The notes under the pieces: model-generated
What the model was told of the DNA's origin: nothing
Database searches by the model: none
The model's input: the letters and a program-made list of their open reading frames with translations, nothing else
Source of the DNA: a bacterium
GTDB lineage: Bacteria > UBA8248
Assembly (NCBI GenBank): GCA_965207065.1
Contig: OZ242260.1
Coordinates: 2,944,001 to 3,008,000 of the forward strand
Length of the DNA stretch: 64,000 nucleotides
Direction of reading: 5' to 3'
In this document: positions 1 through 9,262 of the stretch, piece after piece
Numbering within the stretch: position 1 is the first letter of the stretch
Layout of the letters: each line of letters begins with the position of its first letter
Made by a program: the position numbers and the translations under genes

Positions 1-775
1 AATTCGCCGCCTGGGCCGCGAAGATTTTAGGGAGCTCGTCGATATAACCGGCGCGTAAGAGCTCGGAAAAACCCAGATACGCGCCGAGCAGGGCCGAGCC
101 GTGCCCGGCGGGGGCGACCACGGCGTCCGGCGCGCGCATACCCAGTTGCTCCCATACCTCGAACGCCCAGGTCTTGGTGCCGTGGTTGAACCAGGGGTTC
201 CAGAAATGGGAGGCGTAGAAGCGCTCCTTGGCCGCCTCCATCGCGACGGCGGTGGATGCGGCCCGGGGGCCTGGGATTTTCTTGAGGTTCGCGCCATAGG
301 CGGTGATTTGCGCGCACTTGGCCGCGGAGGTGGAGGCGGGCGCGTAGATGTCGCATTCGATTCCGGCGCGCGCCGCGTAGGCTGCGACGGCGGCGGCGGC
401 GTTGCCCGAAGAATCCATGAGCACCTGCGCGAGGCCCCACTCCTTCATCTTGCTCATGAGCACGGTGGCGCCGCGATCCTTGAACGAGCCGGTGGGGAAG
501 AGAAAATCGAGCTTACAATGTATCTCCATGCCCGAGAAAGCGAGGGGAACGAGCGGCGTCATACCCTCGTTCATGCTGACGACGTTCTCATCCTTCTCGA
601 CAGGAATCGCCTCTCTATAGCGCCACAAGGTGGCGGGGCGTTTTCCCAAGGACTCGCGCGTAAAGATAGCGTTCGGCGCCACCTCCAGCGGTCCGCCGCA
701 ATCGCACCGCCAGCGGGGTTCACTCGGGGGGTACTTCTCCCCGCAGTCGATACAGGCGAATTCCACGTCACTCAT
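1..775 (-). CDS. thrC: Threonine synthase-like PLP-dependent enzyme (fold type II), 3' end runs off the window
   Basis: Not in the ORF track; translated by hand from ATG at 775: MSDVEFACIDCGEKY...RCDCGG (Zn ribbon), LWRY, EGMTPL, PTGSFKDRG (PLP lysine), SSGNAAAAVAAYAARAG, GTKTWAFEVWEQLG, PAGHGS. Exact substrate not certain. Confidence 0.8.
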   Translation of the reverse strand, partial: MSDVEFACIDCGEKYPPSEPRWRCDCGGPLEVAPNAIFTRESLGKRPATLWRYREAIPVEKDENVVSMNEGMTPLVPLAFSGMEIHCKLDFLFPTGSFKDRGATVLMSKMKEWGLAQVLMDSSGNAAAAVAAYAARAGIECDIYAPASTSAAKCAQITAYGANLKKIPGPRAASTAVAMEAAKERFYASHFWNPWFNHGTKTWAFEVWEQLGMRAPDAVVAPAGHGSALLGAYLGFSELLRAGYIDELPKIFAAQAAN

Positions 776-866
776 TTTCCGCCGCCGGTTCATCCGTTAT
801 AGTGAGGGTAAATGACGTTCAAGGCTAAATGATTCCGCGCGTCGGCGTCCAGTCGCGCGGGGGAGA
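762..866. repeat. Imperfect direct repeat, copy 1 (thrC-like start codon plus upstream leader)
   Basis: tccacgtcactcattttcc...gttcatccgttatagtgaggg...cgtccagtcgcgcgggggaga matches 1589-1691 at ~85% by eye. Confidence 0.9.
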
Positions 867-913
867 ATTGGGGGGAATGATTTCCTCAACGATCGGGAAC
901 TGGAGGTTCTTGT

Positions 914-937
914 GTAGGGGACGCATATATGCGTCCC
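914..937 (+). repeat. GTAG-family REP element upstream of the RAYT
   Basis: GTAG followed by the palindrome gggacgcata|tatgcgtccc; an exact inverted copy is at 1281-1304. Confidence 0.85.
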
Positions 938-1012
938 ATTACAAGTTGCTAATTGATGATGCAAACGGTTGTGCCGCCGAACGAGTTGATGGGAAAGGAT
1001 GATCCTTGAGAA

Positions 1013-1546
1013 ATGAAATCCAGAAAGGAAAACAGACTTCAAGAACGTGATTATTCCCGACAAGGATACTATTTCGTGACAATCTGCACGCGGAATCACA
1101 CCCGTTGCTTCGGCGAGGTCTTGGACGAGAAAATGCGGTTGAATGCAACCGGAATGATTGCGCAAGAATGTTGGCTGGCAATCCCCGGTCATTTTCCGAA
1201 TACGGACATTGATGAATTCATCGTGATGCCGAACCATATACATGGGGTATTGATCATCGGTGGCGATAACAACTCCGAGCGGGACGCATATATGCGTCCC
1301 CTACAATCGAAGCGACAAAACATCGACCGCTCGAAAATGGTTTTGCCGAAAATCATTCAGGGGTTCAAATCATCCGTAACCCGAAACGTGCGAAAACACA
1401 GGGGCAAGAACGCTTTCGGGTGGCAACGCTCGTTTTACGACCACATTATCCGCAACGAAGAAAACCTGAACCGCATCCGGGAATACATCCGCAACAATCC
1501 CCTAAAATGGGCGTTCGACAGGTACAACACCGTACCCCGCCTTTGA
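1013..1546 (+). mobile_element. REP-associated tyrosine transposase (RAYT/TnpA-REP, Y1 HUH family)
   Basis: Motifs YFVTICT, FIVMPNHIHGVL (HUH), WQRSFYDHIIRNE, YIRNNP; 177 aa; adjacent GTAG REP. Confidence 0.92.
1281..1304 (-). repeat. GTAG REP copy inside the RAYT coding sequence
   Basis: Reverse complement is identical to 914-937 (24/24); read in frame as RDAYMRPL. Confidence 0.85.
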
Positions 1547-1588
1547 GGACGCCCCCGCACTCAACAAAGGATCGTCATTCTTGTGTAA

Positions 1589-1691
1589 TCCACTTCACTC
1601 ATTTTCCAGCGCTAGTTCATCCGTTATAGTGAGGGGAAACGACGCTTGAGGCGAAATGTTCCGCGCGCCCCGTCCAGTCGCGCGGGGGAGA
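1589..1691. repeat. Imperfect direct repeat, copy 2 (remnant thrC-like 5' end plus leader)
   Basis: Matches 762-866; on the minus strand it begins a tiny ORF MSEVDYTRMTILC* that parallels MSDVEF of the intact gene. Confidence 0.9.
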
Positions 1692-1718
1692 TTCGCCTTA
1701 TAATTTCAGGAGAACTTC

Positions 1719-3020
1719 ATGGTAACGGACCCCAGGTTTTTCCCCAGAGACGGTCGTACGGGCGATGCGGCGGCTGCGTTTTCTCTTGATGAGCGCGACA
1801 GGCGGTGGAACGCGGTGCGCGCCGCCATGGATGCGCGCGGGCTCGACTGCCTCATCGTCATCGGGCGCGGCTCGAACGGCAACGGCGACACCCGCTGGCT
1901 CGACGGGGGCGATTACGGGGAGCGGAGCATGGTGTTTCCGAGAAAGGGCGCGCCCGTCACCTTCTGGCTCCTGCAGAACTGGGGCAAGTGGTACACCGAA
2001 TCCTGCTTCGAGGGGGTGCGCTACCGTGGGCACGAGGGGAAGGTGAGCATCGTGGCGGCCGACGCCATCAAGGAGCTGGGATATGAGAGCGGGCGAATCG
2101 GGATCGTCGGCCTGATCGGCGGGGGATACGGTTCCGAGGGCGCGATTCCCTACATGACGTACCAGAATCTGAAAAGGCTTCTGCCGGACGCGGCGTTCGC
2201 CGACGCTTCGGACATCCTCACGCGCCTCCGCATGATAAAGAGCAGTGAGGAGATCGCGATGTTAGAGAAGGCCGCCGAGATGGTGAACATCGAGATAGAC
2301 GCCGTGCTCGGCTGCTGCCGCCCGGGCGTGCGGGAGAGTGAGGTGTATGCGGCGCTGTTCGGTGCGAGCCTGCGCGCGGGTGCGGAGCCGGGACGCGACA
2401 GCTGGCTCATCATGTGTTCGGGGAAGGGCTATCCGGTGAACAGGAGGCCCACGGACAGGATTCTGCGGACGGGCGACATGATGTGCATCGGCTATTACGC
2501 GCGCTACGGGGGCTACTGGAGCCATCCGCACACCTCGATGTCGCTGGGGCCGATGGATGAGGAATATGGGCCGATTCGAGAAGCCGTGCGCGAGAGCTTA
2601 CACGCCGCGCTCGACGCCCTGAAGCCCGGCACGCCGTGGAGCGAGGTGGACAGGGCATCGAACGAGGCGGTGTTAAGGGCCGGGTACTACCACGAGATTC
2701 CCCAGGTGCACGGGGTGGGGATCGACGGCATCGAGCCGCCCATGACGACGATATGCGCGGGCGAAATTCCGAGAAAATTCGCGTGGCGCGAGCCGTTCGT
2801 CGAGGGGAGTTTGTCTGAGAACCCCGAATGGCGCGAACTGGCTGGGGAGCGGTACGGCTTTCTGGCGGATTTCGAGGTCGAGGCGGGCATGTGCCTGGCC
2901 GTCGAAATCAAGGCCGCGCACGAGGACAGGATATTCATGGTGTTCGGGCCGCAGGTGATCGTGGAGGAGAGCGGCCCGCGGGTTCTCACGCCCGAAGCGA
3001 TGGACGTGATCGAGTTGTAG
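1719..3020 (+). CDS. M24 (Xaa-Pro peptidase/creatinase) family protein with an atypical metal site
   Basis: Creatinase-type N-domain (ERDRRWNAVRAAMDARGLDCL), LRMIKSSEEI, RPGVRESEV, HGVGIDGIEPP, GMCLAVE; RBS aggaga. Confidence 0.85.
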   Translation: MVTDPRFFPRDGRTGDAAAAFSLDERDRRWNAVRAAMDARGLDCLIVIGRGSNGNGDTRWLDGGDYGERSMVFPRKGAPVTFWLLQNWGKWYTESCFEGVRYRGHEGKVSIVAADAIKELGYESGRIGIVGLIGGGYGSEGAIPYMTYQNLKRLLPDAAFADASDILTRLRMIKSSEEIAMLEKAAEMVNIEIDAVLGCCRPGVRESEVYAALFGASLRAGAEPGRDSWLIMCSGKGYPVNRRPTDRILRTGDMMCIGYYARYGGYWSHPHTSMSLGPMDEEYGPIREAVRESLHAALDALKPGTPWSEVDRASNEAVLRAGYYHEIPQVHGVGIDGIEPPMTTICAGEIPRKFAWREPFVEGSLSENPEWRELAGERYGFLADFEVEAGMCLAVEIKAAHEDRIFMVFGPQVIVEESGPRVLTPEAMDVIEL

Positions 3021-3040
3021 ATCGAACGCGACCGATGCGG

Positions 3041-3332
3041 GAGTGTTGAAAAAGCCCAATGCGTGAGGCTTTGCATTTATTGTAGGGTGACCCGTCAATA
3101 CGGTAAGTGACGCTCCCTTCTCGGGGGCAATGACGAATTTGGTTTTCGTTCGTCATCCCGGCGTATGCCGGAATCCATATGTTTTGCCTTTGTTCTTTTT
3201 TCTGATTGGTTCCCACCGATGACGGGGAAATAAAAAGCCGGCGTATTGTCATTTTGATCGGTTCTGGATTCCGGCATGCGCCGGAATGACGGCGGTGGAT
3301 AATTTCGAAAGAGAAGGGGATTTTCAACAACC
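3041..3332. mobile_element. MITE-like element with GTTGAAAA/TTTTCAAC ends containing an inverted CGTC-type REP pair
   Basis: Left gtgttgaaaaagccc, right gggattttcaacaacc; inside, cgtcatcccggcgtatgccggaatcca (3151-3177) and its inverted partner (3265-3291, 25/27). Confidence 0.6.
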
Positions 3333-3623
3333 TTCTTCGGTCGGGATTGACCCGCAATTCCCCGCAATTGCGGTCGAGGGACGGGGGGAGAATCCCTGTA
3401 TGATGGCGGTGCGGCCCGGCGCGTTCAAGATTATGGAATTTCCGTTAATATCGATAAAATCAGATAAATTCACGGGGTTTTTCGATAAATAAATGAGAGG
3501 AATTTCGGCGGAATCGACTTCACGCGCGAGACGCACCATAGCGGATCCCGCATGTCTCACAAGCATCGCAAATGCGGGCAAATGTGTCCCGGTAAACGGA
3601 AGTAAATAATCAGGGTATCGTTA

Positions 3624-4157
3624 TTAATTTGTTGAATTCATGTCCATTAAACGTTTCTCAAGGGCGGGAAGAAAGCCGCCGAGTTCGACGATCTCACGCA
3701 GGGCATCCGGCAGCGGCTCGGAAGCGCAGGTTACGCCCCGGGTCAGGTTCTCGACCTCTCCGGTACTGAAGTCGACGCGGAGTTCATCCCCGTCCTCAGT
3801 ATGCGCTCCTATGTCATTGAAAAAAGGGAGCGTAGGCAATCCCGCCGCCACGATCATCCGGTAGGTGAAATGGGGGACGCTCTCCGCGATGAGGCCGACA
3901 CCTAAGCCCGCCATGCCCAGAAGGCCGTATATGTGCGGGTTCCCCTGGCCGAACCGCTTGCCCGCCACCACGATGTCGCCCGGCTTCGCGCGGTCGGGAA
4001 AATCCGGGATAAGGTTCGTAAATACATGTTTTTTCAGGTATTCCGGGTCCGAGACGCGCACGCCCTGGACGAACACTTTGGCGAATTCGAGGATGTCGTC
4101 GTCGAGGGAGAGGTTGTCGCCGAATTTCCAGCAGCGCCCCTGCATCGTCCAGTTCAA
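3624..4157 (-). CDS. Aconitase-family small subunit (LeuD/HacB-like, divergent)
   Basis: GRCWKFGDN, PGDIVVAGKRFG, IAES, GDELRVDFSTGEVENLT, IVELGG; directly downstream of the large subunit. Confidence 0.88.
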   Translation of the reverse strand: MNWTMQGRCWKFGDNLSLDDDILEFAKVFVQGVRVSDPEYLKKHVFTNLIPDFPDRAKPGDIVVAGKRFGQGNPHIYGLLGMAGLGVGLIAESVPHFTYRMIVAAGLPTLPFFNDIGAHTEDGDELRVDFSTGEVENLTRGVTCASEPLPDALREIVELGGFLPALEKRLMDMNSTN

Positions 4158-4167
4158 GATGCGCTCC

Positions 4168-5427
4168 TCATGCTAGAAAATCCCGGGGGTCCGCGATCTC
4201 GCCCCTCACGGCGGAGGCCGCCACAGTGGCCGCGCCGGCGAGGTAGATTCGGGCCTCCCGGCTCCCCATCCTCCCCACGTCGTTGCGCGTCACCGTGGCG
4301 ATGCAGGTCTCCCCGTCCGCCAGGGGGCCTCCCCTGCCGATGGCGCAGGGGCCGCACCCGGGCGGGCCCACCATGGCGCCCGCCTCGCAGAAGATGTCCA
4401 TAAGGCCATCCTCGACGCAGCGGGTGAGAACCTCCTGGCTGCCGGGCGTCACAATCATCCTCACGCCCGGGGCGATTTTCTTGCCGCGCATAATCCCGGC
4501 GGCCTCGGCCATGTCCTCATACTGATCCGCCGCGCATGACCCCAGATACGCCGCATGAATCGGTACGCCGATGGCCTCACCAAGCGGGGCCACGTTCTCG
4601 GGTCTTGGCGGAAGCGCTATGGTGGGCTCCATCCCGGAGAGGTTGAACGCGTAAGTTTCTGTAAATGCGGCGTCTGGGTCGCTTCTCATGGCTTGAAAGC
4701 CGTCGATGTTTCTCTCGCGCATCCACCCCGCGACGACGTCATCGGCGGGGATGATGGCGCTTTTCGCACCGATCTCTATCGGCAGGTTGCAGAGCTTGAC
4801 GCGCGCGTCGACCCCCAGATGGGCGAGAGCCTCCCCGGTGTACTCGAATACGCGGTAATCTGCGGCGTCGGGGCCGATTTCGTGAATGATGTGGGCGGCG
4901 GCGTCGCGGATACCCACACCCGGCGGGAGTTTTCCGCTCAGGTCGATTCGAATCGTCTCAGGCGCCTTGAGCCAATGGCTGCCGGTGGCGAGCACGGCGG
5001 GGAACTTGAAGACGAGCGCGAGGCCGAGGCAGCCTATGGCCCCGTAGTTTGTAACATGTATGTCATACGCCAAAACGCATTCACCGGGCTTTACGATGCC
5101 GATTTCCATCGGAAAAACATGACCCTGCCCGCGGCCTGGACCGAAGAAATACTTCACGCCCCAGCGTTTGACGATCTCTCTTATCTGTTTGGCGCGATTC
5201 GCGACGGCGACGGTTTGCGGGACCGTGTCGTGATCGAAGCATACGAACACGCGCTCCGGGTCCCAGGGGCGTTCCACACCGAGTTCGGTAAGTTGGCGGT
5301 CGGCTTCCACGACGTAGAGGTCGTGAATCGTCGCCAAATCGGCCTCCGGGTAGACGATCTCCCCTGCGCGCAATTCGTCCCGGCCCGAGGCTCTGGCCAT
5401 GATTTTCTCCGTCAGGGTCATGCCCAT
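4168..5427 (-). CDS. Aconitase-family large subunit (LeuC/HacA-like, divergent), 4Fe-4S
   Basis: MGMTLTEKI start with RBS agagga; FDH, KPGE, LGSC, GCGPC, GRMG, AASAVRGEIADPR. The ORF-track start at 5469 is an upstream extension. Confidence 0.9.
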   Translation of the reverse strand: MGMTLTEKIMARASGRDELRAGEIVYPEADLATIHDLYVVEADRQLTELGVERPWDPERVFVCFDHDTVPQTVAVANRAKQIREIVKRWGVKYFFGPGRGQGHVFPMEIGIVKPGECVLAYDIHVTNYGAIGCLGLALVFKFPAVLATGSHWLKAPETIRIDLSGKLPPGVGIRDAAAHIIHEIGPDAADYRVFEYTGEALAHLGVDARVKLCNLPIEIGAKSAIIPADDVVAGWMRERNIDGFQAMRSDPDAAFTETYAFNLSGMEPTIALPPRPENVAPLGEAIGVPIHAAYLGSCAADQYEDMAEAAGIMRGKKIAPGVRMIVTPGSQEVLTRCVEDGLMDIFCEAGAMVGPPGCGPCAIGRGGPLADGETCIATVTRNDVGRMGSREARIYLAGAATVAASAVRGEIADPRDFLA

Positions 5428-5577
5428 GGCGAATCCTCTGCTTATGATGGAGGGAACCGAGCCTAGCATCCTGGCCGAGCAAAGAGAATAGGAATTTGAT
5501 ACACTAAACTTTTATGACCTCAGAAAAATACGCTGATACCGCTGAATAATACAGATTTTCGGCTTGGAGGAACAATC

Positions 5578-7473
5578 ATGGGTTATGCAGAAGTTTACGG
5601 TCGTTCCCTCTCGGATGCGCAGGCGTTCTGGGCGGAGGTGGCGGAGGATATCCACTGGTACAAGAAGTGGGACAAGGTGCTTGACGACTCGAACCCGCCC
5701 TTTTACCGCTGGTTCACGGGAGGCGAGGTCAACACCTGTTATAACGCGGTCGACAGGCACGTAGAGGCGGGTCGAGGGGATCAACTTGCGCTGATATACG
5801 ACACCCCGATCACGGGCGAATCCACCCAGAAGATTACCTACAGGGAATTGCAGCACAAGGTGGCACATTTCGCGGGCGCTCTCAAGGCCCAGGGGGTGGA
5901 GAAGGGCGATCGAGTCATCATCTACATGCCGATGGTGCCCGAAGCTGCTATCGCCATGCTGGCCTGCGCGCGAATCGGCGCGGTGCACTCGGTCGTTTTC
6001 GGGGGTTTCGCCCCGAACGAACTGGCCACGCGCATCGAAGACGCGAAACCAAAACTCATGATCTCCGCCTCGTGTGGCGTCGAACCATCTGGCGTCATCG
6101 CCTACAAGCCCCTGCTCGATGAGGCGATAAACCTATCCAGCGAGAAACCGGAAAAGTGCATCATCCTGCAGCGCCCCCAGGTCGAGGCGGAACTCATCGA
6201 AGGCCGCGACGTCGAATGGAGCGATTCGCTCGAAGGTGTAGAACCTACGGACTGCGTGCCCGTCGCCGCCACGGACCCCCTGTATATCCTCTATACCTCG
6301 GGCACGACGGGCGAGCCCAAGGGTGTGGTGCGGGATAACGGCGGTCACATGGTGGCGCTCCAGTGGTCGATGAAAAACGTGTACGACGTGTCGCCGGGAC
6401 AGGTGTTCTGGGCCGCGTCCGACGTCGGCTGGGTGGTGGGGCACTCCTATATCGTATACGCGCCGCTGGTTCACGGCTGCACCACCATCCTCTTCGAGGG
6501 CAAGCCCGTGGGTACGCCCGACGCGGGCGTTTTCTGGCGCATCATCTCCGAGCATGGAGTAGAGGTCTTCTTCACCGCGCCCACTGCGTTTCGCGCCATC
6601 AAGCGAGACGATCCGGACGCTGACCTCATGAAGAATTACGACCTCAGCCGTTTCCGCATTCTATTCCTTGCCGGAGAGCGCTCGGACCCGGATACCATCC
6701 AGTGGGCGGAGGAGCATCTCCAGGTGCCGGTCATCGACCATTACTGGCAGACGGAGACAGGCTGGCCGATGCTGGCGAATCCCATGGGCATCGAGCACAT
6801 GCCCGTCAAGTACGGATCTCCCTCGAGGCCGGTGCCCGGTTTTGACTTCAAGGTCTTAGACAGCGAGTGCCGTGAACTGGGCGCGGGTGAGATGGGCGCT
6901 CTGTGTGTCAAGTTGCCCCTTCCGCCCGGTTGCCTGCCGACGCTGTGGAACGCGGACGACCGCTACGTCGACTCCTATCTGAGCGAATACCCGGGCTTCT
7001 ACAAAACGGGCGATGCCGGATACATGGACGAGGAGGACTACGTCTACGTGATGTCGAGGACGGATGACATCATCAACGTGGCGGGCCACAGGCTCTCCAC
7101 GGGCGGTATGGAAGAGGTTTTGTCGGCCCATCCCGACGTCGCAGAGTGCGCGGTCATCGGCGTGAAGGATCAACTCAAGGGCCAGTTACCGCTCGGTTTC
7201 CTGGTGCTCAAGGCGGGCGTCGATAAACTAGACGAAGATGTCGTCAGCGAGGTGGTGCAGCTCGTTCGCCAGCAGATCGGCGCGGTCGCCTCCTTCCGCC
7301 AGGCGACGGTGGTGAAGCGCCTGCCCAAGACGCGCTCGGGCAAGATCCTGAGGGGAACGATGTCGAACATCGCAGATGGCGAAGAATACAAGATGCCGGC
7401 CACCATCGATGACCCGACCATCCTGCCCGAGATCACCGAAGCGCTCGCCGGGCTGGGCTATCCCTTCGACTAG
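5578..7473 (+). CDS. prpE: Propionyl-CoA synthetase (acetate/propionate-CoA ligase, AMP-forming)
   Basis: YILYTSGTTGEPKGV, WAASDVGWVVGHSY, DHYWQTETGW, GHRLSTG, LPKTRSGKILR; RBS ggagga. Confidence 0.9.
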   Translation: MGYAEVYGRSLSDAQAFWAEVAEDIHWYKKWDKVLDDSNPPFYRWFTGGEVNTCYNAVDRHVEAGRGDQLALIYDTPITGESTQKITYRELQHKVAHFAGALKAQGVEKGDRVIIYMPMVPEAAIAMLACARIGAVHSVVFGGFAPNELATRIEDAKPKLMISASCGVEPSGVIAYKPLLDEAINLSSEKPEKCIILQRPQVEAELIEGRDVEWSDSLEGVEPTDCVPVAATDPLYILYTSGTTGEPKGVVRDNGGHMVALQWSMKNVYDVSPGQVFWAASDVGWVVGHSYIVYAPLVHGCTTILFEGKPVGTPDAGVFWRIISEHGVEVFFTAPTAFRAIKRDDPDADLMKNYDLSRFRILFLAGERSDPDTIQWAEEHLQVPVIDHYWQTETGWPMLANPMGIEHMPVKYGSPSRPVPGFDFKVLDSECRELGAGEMGALCVKLPLPPGCLPTLWNADDRYVDSYLSEYPGFYKTGDAGYMDEEDYVYVMSRTDDIINVAGHRLSTGGMEEVLSAHPDVAECAVIGVKDQLKGQLPLGFLVLKAGVDKLDEDVVSEVVQLVRQQIGAVASFRQATVVKRLPKTRSGKILRGTMSNIADGEEYKMPATIDDPTILPEITEALAGLGYPFD

Positions 7474-7695
7474 GCGTTGTTGAGAATTATTGAGCGCACA
7501 GCCGTCCGGGTGACGTTCCCAAATCACCAGGCTTTTTACGCCGGATGCGTTTTCGTGCGCCTGCACAAGGATCAGTCGGACGCAAATCCCGGGTAATTCT
7601 CTGGTTTTCGGGAGCCGCGCGAGGGAGAGTGTGGAATTGATACTCGCCCCCGGCTGCCGAATCGCGTAGCGCTGCTCGCACCTTCCTTTTGTGGG

Positions 7696-8598
7696 GTGAT
7701 TTTGCTCAAATCCTTAGACCCGAACCTCCTTTCGTTCATCGCGGCGTTTTTCGTCGCCATCTCCCAGGTTTTCTATCGAAAAGCGCTGATCCATATCGGA
7801 CCGGGGATTGCGGCCATCGCGATGAACGTCCTCTCCGCGATGATGGCGAGCGTGCTTTACCTGGTATGGGACGAGAGCGTTACATGGCACTTGAAGGGCG
7901 TCATGTGGTACATGCTCATCGGCCTGTTCGGGAGTTCAGTCGGGCGGTACATGATTTTCGGCTCGATGCGCCTGATCGGCCTGGCGCGGACGCAGATTAT
8001 GGTGCAGTCGGTCCTCGTGTGGTCGGCGCTCATGGGGGTGTTCATACTGGGTGAGCGGTTCTCGGCGGGCGTAGCCGTCGGTACGCTGGCGATCATGATC
8101 GGGGCCATTCTTCTCGTCTATAAGAGAGAGTCCTCCAATAGAGAATCGAGTGAGAAGGATGTTTCACTCCTTTACTTTCTCGTTCCCGTAATTGCCTCTT
8201 TCCTGTTTTCCCTTACGTTTGTTTTCAGAAAATACGCCCTCCTCCTCATACCTTCGGAATCTTTGGGGATTGCGATTTCCACCACCACTGCATCGGTCCT
8301 GCTCCTTCTCGCCATGCCGTTCACGAAGGAAGAAGGAGGGATGAAGGGCTGGAGCCTCAGAGGAATGGTGACGATAGCTTGCGGAGTCGTCGCGAATATA
8401 ATAGCCGCCCTCTGCTTCTGGACGGCATTCAGGGAGGGGGAGGTGGTGCAGGTGATACCCATCAACCGCCTCTCTGTCTTGTGGGTCATCGTCTTCTCCT
8501 GGTTTTTCCTGAAAAAACAGGAGAGTGTTACGCTACGCATCGTGATAGGCGGTGTCTTGTCCGTTATAGGTGCTTTCGCGATAGCGTGGGGAAAATGA
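7696..8598 (+). CDS. EamA/DMT family transporter
   Basis: About 10 hydrophobic segments in two repeats; GVFILGER, FFLKKQESVT. Confidence 0.85.
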   Translation: MILLKSLDPNLLSFIAAFFVAISQVFYRKALIHIGPGIAAIAMNVLSAMMASVLYLVWDESVTWHLKGVMWYMLIGLFGSSVGRYMIFGSMRLIGLARTQIMVQSVLVWSALMGVFILGERFSAGVAVGTLAIMIGAILLVYKRESSNRESSEKDVSLLYFLVPVIASFLFSLTFVFRKYALLLIPSESLGIAISTTTASVLLLLAMPFTKEEGGMKGWSLRGMVTIACGVVANIIAALCFWTAFREGEVVQVIPINRLSVLWVIVFSWFFLKKQESVTLRIVIGGVLSVIGAFAIAWGK

Positions 8599-8632
8599 AG
8601 AAGAATACGCGCAGCGCGGGCGCGACCCACCC

Positions 8633-9241
8633 CTACTCCTCCACCCATTTCGAGGCGAGGGGCGTTCCCCCGCCCAGGACGATGCCTGCGTCCGAATCCA
8701 CCCAGTCGGCGTAGAAGAGGAGCGCGGCCTCATAGCTCTTGGAGCGTGTATTGCTCGCGCGCGTGTGTGTGATGACGAGGTGGGCAAGTTCCAGAGCCTT
8801 GGGAAGTCCTTTCTCCCAGATTTTGTGCGCCCCGTAGACACCGTGCTGGATTTTCGCGCCGAACTCGGTGATTTTCGCGGGCGGCAAGCTGCTGCCCGTG
8901 GGAGGCCCGCCGGGGTTGGACTCGGATTCGAGCGGTTTCGAGATGTCGTGTAGGACGCAGGAGGCGATGAGCAGATCGCGATCGATTTCGACCCCGTGGA
9001 GTTTTTTGACGAGATCTGCCATGGCGACTGCTATGCTTGTAACGCCCTGAACGTGGCCGATGAGCGTCATGTGTTTTTCGTCTTTCAGGTTTTTGGGAAT
9101 GTCCTCGAAGCGCTCCCAGGCTGTCTCCCGAGCCAGATCGAGCCAGATGTCGACCACACCGTCGCGCAGTTCGGGGTCCTGGATTTGATTGAGTTCCGGG
9201 AAAAGAGCTCGTATCTCGTCTGCGTTCGTCTGAATCGCCAT
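8633..9241 (-). CDS. HD-domain metal-dependent phosphohydrolase
   Basis: LIGHV, DRDLLIASCVLHDISK, QHG, HLVITH, YAD..D. Confidence 0.85.
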   Translation of the reverse strand: MAIQTNADEIRALFPELNQIQDPELRDGVVDIWLDLARETAWERFEDIPKNLKDEKHMTLIGHVQGVTSIAVAMADLVKKLHGVEIDRDLLIASCVLHDISKPLESESNPGGPPTGSSLPPAKITEFGAKIQHGVYGAHKIWEKGLPKALELAHLVITHTRASNTRSKSYEAALLFYADWVDSDAGIVLGGGTPLASKWVEE

Positions 9242-9262
9242 TTATCTTCTCCAGTTTTTTCC

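Noticed and set aside
101-802. 233-aa plus-strand ORF and other short ORFs at the window start
   Set aside because: Antisense shadow of the minus-strand threonine-synthase-like gene, which the ORF track missed because it has no stop in the window.
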